A stretch of 64,000 nt of DNA, from NCBI GenBank assembly GCA_021829645.1, contig JAKBPI010000002.1:83568-147567 (forward strand). Direction: 5' to 3'. Below are positions 58,328 through 64,000 of this stretch, in pieces. Position 1 is the stretch's first letter. Every line of letters begins with the position of its first letter. The notes under the pieces were generated by a model. The model had not been told where the DNA came from, did not search any database, and saw only the letters and a program-made list of their open reading frames with translations. This DNA is from Actinomycetes bacterium (GTDB lineage: Bacteria; Actinomycetota; Acidimicrobiia; Acidimicrobiales; Bog-793). Both the position numbers and the translations under genes were made by a program.

Positions 58328-60226
58328 ATGCTTGATCTTGTTTTTCTGATTCCTCTTTTACCTCTGGCAGGCTTTGCAATTCTTGTGTTATTCGGCCGTA
58401 AGCTGGGTAACCCTTTGGCCGGCTGGTTGGCAAGTACTATGGTATTGGCGAGTTTTGGCATTGCCATAGCGGTCTTTACGGGTCTTTTTCAAAGGCAGCC
58501 CGACAACAGGTCCTATACACAGCACTTTTTTGAGTGGCTGAACGTTGGTCATTTGCATATAGGTGTGGGTGCTTTGGTAGATCCGCTTTCCATGACGATG
58601 GTGGCTTTTATCACCGGAGTCTCAGCGCTTATCCACTTTTACTCGATAGGGTATATGGAACACGATAAGGACTTCACCAAGTTCTTCGTGTATTTGAATC
58701 TCTTCGTGTTTTCCATGCTGATGCTGGTGCTCGGAGACAATCTACTGGTTACTTTCTTTGGTTGGGAAGGCGTGGGTGTATGTTCTTACTTCTTGATTTC
58801 TTTCTGGTTTGAACGTCCCAGTGCTGCCAGTGCCGGCAAGAAGGCCATGATCTATAACAGGATCGGAGACGGCGGATTCCTGCTGGCAATTTTCTTGGTC
58901 TATTCCAGGGTAGGGAGTCTGAGCTACACTTATATCTTTTCACATCTCAACCGTATTTCTCCGACTGACATGACAGCCGTCGGTTTGCTTTTGTTCTTGG
59001 CTGCAGCTGGAAAGTCCGCACAAACACCGCTTTTCCCCTGGTTGGCAGATGCTATGGAAGGCCCCACTCCCGTGTCGGCTTTAATCCATGCCGCCACAAT
59101 GGTGACCGCTGGCGTTTATTTGATGTGCAGAATTAACCCCATACTGCATTTGACGCCGGACGCCGCCCACGTGGTCGCTTGGGTTGGGGCAGCCACTGCA
59201 TTCTTGGGGGCGACAAGTGCCTGCGCTCAGCAAGACATCAAAAAGATATTGGCCTATTCAACGGTTTCTCAACTTGGTTTTATGTTTATGGCAGTAGGGG
59301 TGGGAGCTTATGTAGCCGCCATATTTTTGATGCTAACCCACGCTTTCTATAAAGCCCTTCTTTTCCTTGGGGCGGGATCTGTTATACATGCCATGGACGA
59401 TGAACAGGATGTAAAGAAAATGGGCGGTTTGGCAAAAGTGATGCCAATTACAGCTGTTACTTTTGCCGTCGCCTGGTTATCTATAGCCGGTGTGCCGCCT
59501 TTCAGCGGGTTTTGGTCAAAAGGCGACGTCTTGCAAAATTCATGGGCGCTTTCACCGGGACTCTGGGCCATAGGGGCATTTTCAGCACTTCTGACCGCGT
59601 ACTACATGGGAAGAGAGTTTTCTCTAGTGTTCCTCGGCGAATCCCGCTGGAAAGGTCAAAACACTACGGCGAAATCCCATGAACTCCATCCCCACGATCC
59701 GCGTTTTGTGATGAAGTTTCCCCTCGTAGTGTTGGCTTTTGCCGCCGCTTTTGCCGGCTTTTTGAATTTGCCCTTTCATCCCGATTTTGTCTTTTTGGAA
59801 AAATGGCTCAACCCTGTAGTCGGGGCATCGCTGCTAAATCATAATTTTTCTATCGGGGCCGAGTGGGCATTTGCTCTGGTAGACGCAGCTATTGCCATAG
59901 TGGGAGCCTCAGTGGCCTGGTCACTCTGGAAATCGCGTTCTGACAGGGAAAACCTAGAGCCCGGACTTTTACAAAAAGCATGGGGGTTAGATAACGCCAT
60001 AGATAGACTTTTTGCCAAAACTTCGGAAAGATTGGCTGTTCTTCTGGCAGGCAGTGTGGATTTGAAAGTGATAGACGGAGCCGTTAATCTGATAGGTAAA
60101 CTGACTGTTTCTTCGGGTAAGATATTCCGCAAGGTACAGACGGGTTATGTGCGCATGTATGCCCTATTCTTTACGGCGGCTTCAATAGCAGTGTTGGCTT
60201 ATTTGATGACTAGGGTGGCTTCATGA
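58328..60226 (+). CDS. nuoL: NADH-quinone oxidoreductase subunit L
   Basis: Antiporter-like subunit with GWEGVGVCSYFLISFW, TPVSALIHAATMVTAGVY and a C-terminal lateral-helix region. Confidence 0.95.
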   Translation: MLDLVFLIPLLPLAGFAILVLFGRKLGNPLAGWLASTMVLASFGIAIAVFTGLFQRQPDNRSYTQHFFEWLNVGHLHIGVGALVDPLSMTMVAFITGVSALIHFYSIGYMEHDKDFTKFFVYLNLFVFSMLMLVLGDNLLVTFFGWEGVGVCSYFLISFWFERPSAASAGKKAMIYNRIGDGGFLLAIFLVYSRVGSLSYTYIFSHLNRISPTDMTAVGLLLFLAAAGKSAQTPLFPWLADAMEGPTPVSALIHAATMVTAGVYLMCRINPILHLTPDAAHVVAWVGAATAFLGATSACAQQDIKKILAYSTVSQLGFMFMAVGVGAYVAAIFLMLTHAFYKALLFLGAGSVIHAMDDEQDVKKMGGLAKVMPITAVTFAVAWLSIAGVPPFSGFWSKGDVLQNSWALSPGLWAIGAFSALLTAYYMGREFSLVFLGESRWKGQNTTAKSHELHPHDPRFVMKFPLVVLAFAAAFAGFLNLPFHPDFVFLEKWLNPVVGASLLNHNFSIGAEWAFALVDAAIAIVGASVAWSLWKSRSDRENLEPGLLQKAWGLDNAIDRLFAKTSERLAVLLAGSVDLKVIDGAVNLIGKLTVSSGKIFRKVQTGYVRMYALFFTAASIAVLAYLMTRVAS

Positions 60227-61947
60227 ACTCGTTTCCGTATTTGACAGTTTTACTGCTGATTCCGATAGGTGCGGCCGCAGCGTTACTTTTCGTGCCAGGT
60301 AAGTATAAAAAACTTATCCATATAGTTTCTGTTGTGACTTCGGTCGCTGTATTTGGATTTTCTGCTTTGATTCTCGACGAATTCAAGTCGGGAGTGGCCG
60401 GATATCAAATGACAACCGTGCATTCCTGGTTTGGATCACTTGGCATACAATATAGCCTTGGCATAGATGGAATCTCTTTATTCCTAGTCCTCATGACTAC
60501 ACTTTTGTTCCCGATAGCCTTAGCCGGAGCAAATGAAAAAAAGAATACAAAGTCTTTTGTCATTTGGACACTTCTTTTGGAAGCGGCCTGCCTGGGAAGT
60601 TTCTTGGCTACCGACCTTTTGCTTTTCTTTATCTTCTTCGAAGCCACCCTGGTGCCGGTCTACTTTTTGATAGTGCAATTTGGCTACGAAAGACGGGGTT
60701 ATGCCGCTGTCAAATTCTTTGTCTATACTTTCCTGGGGTCGGCTTTTCTCCTAGTGGGTATTCTGGCATTGGCCTTTATTCATCAATCGCAAACCCATGT
60801 TCTGACTTTCAATGTTACTCAATTGGCCAATACACACCTTGATTCCATGGCGGAAGTGCTGTTGTTCTTGGCCTTTACGGCGGCATTCGCGGTCAAAGCA
60901 CCGATTTTTCCTTTTCACAGCTGGTCTCCCGATGCCTATTCGGAGTCTCCCACGTCTGGTTCCATACTCTTGGCCGGTGTTATGGCTAAACTCGGAAGTT
61001 ACGGTGTGATTCGTTTTGACCTGGGTCTGTTTCCTCACGCGGTAGTAATGCTGGCTCCGCTGTTTTTGACTCTTGGGGCAATAGGTATTATTTACGGGGG
61101 GATTGTAGCAGCCAAGCAAAAGAATCTAAAAAGATTGGTCGCCTATTCCTCTCTTGCCCACCTGGGTTTTATCATTATGGGAGCTTTTGCTCTTTCTAAC
61201 GAATCAGTTTCTGGTGCCGTATTGCAGATGCTGAATCACGGTATCTATACGGCAGCCCTTTTCCTGCTGATTGCCATGATCTACAGACGCAGAGGCACAC
61301 ACTTACTCTCCGGGATGAGCGGCATGCAAAAAAGTGCTCCTATATTAGCGGCAGTATTTATATTGATGGTTATGGCTTCCATAGGGGTGCCCGGGCTCAA
61401 CGGTTTTGTCGGCGAGTTTCTTATTCTGGCTGGTACTTTTATTACCCACAGATGGTGGGCGGTGGTGGGTGTATTAGGCGTAGTGGTTGCCGCCGTTTAT
61501 CTGCTCTGGGCCTACCAGCAGGTTTTTCATGGTCCGGAAAAGGGAGATCATATTGAAAGTGAGCCAAAAGACCTCACTATGAAAGAAGGCATGGTACTTG
61601 CGCCTTTGGTGATTTTGGTGATATTGCTGGGTGTCTATCCTAAACCGTTTCTTGATAGGATTACTCCTTCAGTAGATAAGTTGATTACCCATGTGGAACA
61701 AAAATCTCATGTGAACTTACCTATTCCGGCTCAGCCTACGGCTCTTTCGGTAAAAGCTTTCCCGTTGGTGAGTATCGGTCAAAGGGTCCAAAGTATCACC
61801 GAGTTGTCTGGTCCAAGACCAAGCTTACTTTCAACCGGGATAAACAACAGCGGGGGAGATACAAAGAGTTGCAGAAATTACATGTGGTCACCCCCCGCAC
61901 ACCAAGTATCTCTACCGAGCATTTCCTGTCAGGTGGGGATATCATGA
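60223..61947 (+). CDS. nuoM: NADH-quinone oxidoreductase subunit M
   Basis: Antiporter-like subunit (VKAPIFPFHSWSPDAYSESPTSGSILLAGVMAKLG). About 60-aa non-hydrophobic C-terminal tail. Confidence 0.9.
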   Translation: MNSFPYLTVLLLIPIGAAAALLFVPGKYKKLIHIVSVVTSVAVFGFSALILDEFKSGVAGYQMTTVHSWFGSLGIQYSLGIDGISLFLVLMTTLLFPIALAGANEKKNTKSFVIWTLLLEAACLGSFLATDLLLFFIFFEATLVPVYFLIVQFGYERRGYAAVKFFVYTFLGSAFLLVGILALAFIHQSQTHVLTFNVTQLANTHLDSMAEVLLFLAFTAAFAVKAPIFPFHSWSPDAYSESPTSGSILLAGVMAKLGSYGVIRFDLGLFPHAVVMLAPLFLTLGAIGIIYGGIVAAKQKNLKRLVAYSSLAHLGFIIMGAFALSNESVSGAVLQMLNHGIYTAALFLLIAMIYRRRGTHLLSGMSGMQKSAPILAAVFILMVMASIGVPGLNGFVGEFLILAGTFITHRWWAVVGVLGVVVAAVYLLWAYQQVFHGPEKGDHIESEPKDLTMKEGMVLAPLVILVILLGVYPKPFLDRITPSVDKLITHVEQKSHVNLPIPAQPTALSVKAFPLVSIGQRVQSITELSGPRPSLLSTGINNSGGDTKSCRNYMWSPPAHQVSLPSISCQVGIS

Positions 61948-62023
61948 TCAGCGATTTATACATTTATAAAAAAGGAACGACCAACTTGATTTTCCATAGC
62001 TTTTGTCGTAGTGGAGGTATCTC

Positions 62024-63562
62024 ATGATAACGGGAGTAATCGCGGCGCAAGCACTGCATTTGCCGCACGTGAATTACACAACTATCATGCCCGAGTTGAT
62101 CCTATTGGGTGGCATGCTCGTACTGTTGTTAGTCTCTGCTCTTTTTAAGAAGGCTCTGCCCAGAGATTTTTATGCGACTTCCGTGGTAGGGGTGGGGGTC
62201 GCCTCACTCATAGCTTCGCTTGTGTTGTACCATGACGTGGCCTCACACGGTCCCTTTACGGCAATAGCTCATTCTATTGATATAGACGGATTCTCTGTAT
62301 TGTTTCTGACCCTTGTCTCTTGTATTATGATCGTCTATCCGTTTTTTGCTCACGCTTACCTGCAACGGGAAGGACTGGATGGGGTTGAGTTTTTTGCTCT
62401 TCCTCTGATCTCTGGAGCAGGAGCTATGTTTATGGCATCAGCTAATGATCTGATTCTTATTTTTCTTGGTCTTGAAATACTCTCCTTACCTCTGTATGTG
62501 ATGGCCGGAATGGATCAGAGGCGCGAAGCATCCGGAGAAGCGGCAATGAAGTACTTTATTATGGGTGCTTTTTCTTCCGCCATCTTTTTATACGGAATGG
62601 CCCTGACGTATGGCGCAACCGGATCACTGAATTTAGCCGAAATTAGTGCCTTTCTTGCTAAAAACTATATTTTTGGCAATGGTGTTCTATTGGCCGGAAT
62701 GGGGCTTCTGCTTATAGGGTTTTTGTTTAAAATAGCTGCTGTGCCTTTCCACTACTGGTCGCCGGATGTTTATCAAGGGTCTCCCACTATTGCTACCGGC
62801 TTTATGGCAGCTATTGCCAAAGCGGGAGCATTTGCCGCCATGATAAGAGTCTTTATGGCCACTTTTCCCACTTTGGCTTCCGATTGGCAACCTCTACTGT
62901 GGGTGATAGTGGTGTTGACCACACTCTTTGGAGCAGTAGTGGCGCTGGTGCAAAAAGACGTAAAAAGAATGCTTGCCTATTCATCCATCAACCAGGCAGG
63001 TTTTATTTTGTTGGGCTTGCAGGCAGATACTTCTAAAGGTATCGGTGCAAGTCTTTACTACGTGTTTATCTACTCATTTTTAATCCTCGGCACCTTTGCC
63101 GTGGTGGCAATAGCTGGGGCAAGGGGTGACGCCATACACGATATAGATGACCTGAGGGGCTACGCCAAGTCGCATCCTTTCTTGGCAACTTCATTGGCAA
63201 TATTTCTTGTCGCCCAAGCCGGTGCCCCTTTTACAACGGGGTTCTTGGCAAAACTACAGGTCGTAACGGCAGCTATTGATGCACATAGCTACGCCTTGGC
63301 TGTAATTGCCATGATAAGTGCCGCCATTGCCACGGGTTTTTACCTGAGGATAGTGTATGTCATGTTTGGCGACGGCACCGACACACGAGTAAGCGTGCCA
63401 GCTGAGAAAGAAGTATATTCGGTATCACCCCTTGGTCAATTGGGTGTTTCCCCATGGCTCTTCACGGGTATAGTTCTTTGTCTATCGGTAACTATTCTAT
63501 TTGGGTTCTGGCCTCAGCCATTGGTTGATTTTGCCACGCACGCAAAACTTCTTTTTGTCTAA
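62024..63562 (+). CDS. nuoN: NADH-quinone oxidoreductase subunit N
   Basis: Antiporter-like subunit (FKIAAVPFHYWSPDVYQGSPTIATGFMA). Last gene of the cluster. Confidence 0.9.
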   Translation: MITGVIAAQALHLPHVNYTTIMPELILLGGMLVLLLVSALFKKALPRDFYATSVVGVGVASLIASLVLYHDVASHGPFTAIAHSIDIDGFSVLFLTLVSCIMIVYPFFAHAYLQREGLDGVEFFALPLISGAGAMFMASANDLILIFLGLEILSLPLYVMAGMDQRREASGEAAMKYFIMGAFSSAIFLYGMALTYGATGSLNLAEISAFLAKNYIFGNGVLLAGMGLLLIGFLFKIAAVPFHYWSPDVYQGSPTIATGFMAAIAKAGAFAAMIRVFMATFPTLASDWQPLLWVIVVLTTLFGAVVALVQKDVKRMLAYSSINQAGFILLGLQADTSKGIGASLYYVFIYSFLILGTFAVVAIAGARGDAIHDIDDLRGYAKSHPFLATSLAIFLVAQAGAPFTTGFLAKLQVVTAAIDAHSYALAVIAMISAAIATGFYLRIVYVMFGDGTDTRVSVPAEKEVYSVSPLGQLGVSPWLFTGIVLCLSVTILFGFWPQPLVDFATHAKLLFV

Positions 63563-64000
63563 TCTTGATGTCAACGTATTTATGTTGTTCAGTGTTATCT
63601 CCATCTAGATAAACCATAAGTACCGGGTGAACTTTATACAATAGATAACCTTAAAAAAGTGCAAAATGTCAACTATAGAAGCATGTATTGTGGCAAGGTC
63701 TATTTATTCTCAGCAACCGTTTTGCTTACACTCATTTCAGATATAGGACTTATCGCGTCCGCTGCTATTTCTGTCTCTGCCACTACTTTTTCAGAGAGAC
63801 GGAAAATCAACTCACTGCTCTTGTGTCTCTTGGAATCAATGACCCAGTCGGATGAGCTTTTGATTCATCAGGCAATCTCTGTGTGTTAGATTACGGCAAA
63901 AGCACCGTTTATGTCATACCGGACCATACTTTTGCTATATCCGCCTCATCACTTCCCAATACCACAACCGGAACTACCACAACTAGCTATGGCTACCGAA

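Noticed and set aside
63659-63889. 76-aa ORF after nuoN, and the remaining 440 bp to the window edge
   Set aside because: No Shine-Dalgarno sequence, no motif, odd composition. Neither strand has a convincing longer frame. Left unannotated.
1-64000. Search by eye for CRISPR arrays, rRNA/tRNA genes, intact IS elements, integrases or prophage genes
   Set aside because: None were found. There are no regularly spaced direct repeats, no tRNA-like cloverleaf signatures in the intergenic regions, and no transposase or integrase ORFs apart from the doubtful decayed fragment near 27.8-27.95 kb.

Overview
This is a 64-kb chromosomal segment whose gene content and order look actinobacterial (Actinomycetota). 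Coding G+C is near 50% by eye, and several intergenic spacers are strikingly AT-rich. I found no rRNA, tRNA, CRISPR array or intact mobile element.

Gene order, left to right:
- A secreted GH12 endoglucanase carrying two almost identical CBM2 modules.
- proA, then a MoxR/VWA (CoxD/CoxE-like) pair.
- A cell-envelope sugar cluster (rmlB, rmlD, a GT2 gene, a GDP-mannose pyrophosphorylase-like gene, epimerases, two GT4 genes) with the F420 genes cofD and cofE embedded in it.
- A Ski2-like helicase, a GGDEF-EAL protein, an aldehyde dehydrogenase and an L,D-transpeptidase.
- A 1.1-kb ORF-free gap between convergent genes.
- ychF, a hemolysin-III family gene, a ctaG-like gene, glmS, acpS, nnr, alr and a family-4 UDG gene.
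- The t6A operon (tsaE, tsaB, rimI, tsaD).
- An NRAMP transporter gene preceded by tandem DtxR-like operators, then a geranylgeranyl-reductase family gene.
- A complete nuoA-N operon.

The most interesting locus is a 4.4-kb insertion (38.3-42.7 kb) that splits tsaB from rimI. It is flanked by AT-rich spacers. It carries a tightly packed three-gene cassette (TIGR04255-like protein, XRE-type HTH protein, unknown 327-aa protein) plus a convergent zinc-ribbon/DUF4234 membrane protein. It has no recombinase. I regard it as a candidate uncharacterised conflict or toxin-antitoxin-like module.

All family assignments come from motifs read by eye in the translations. No database search was run.
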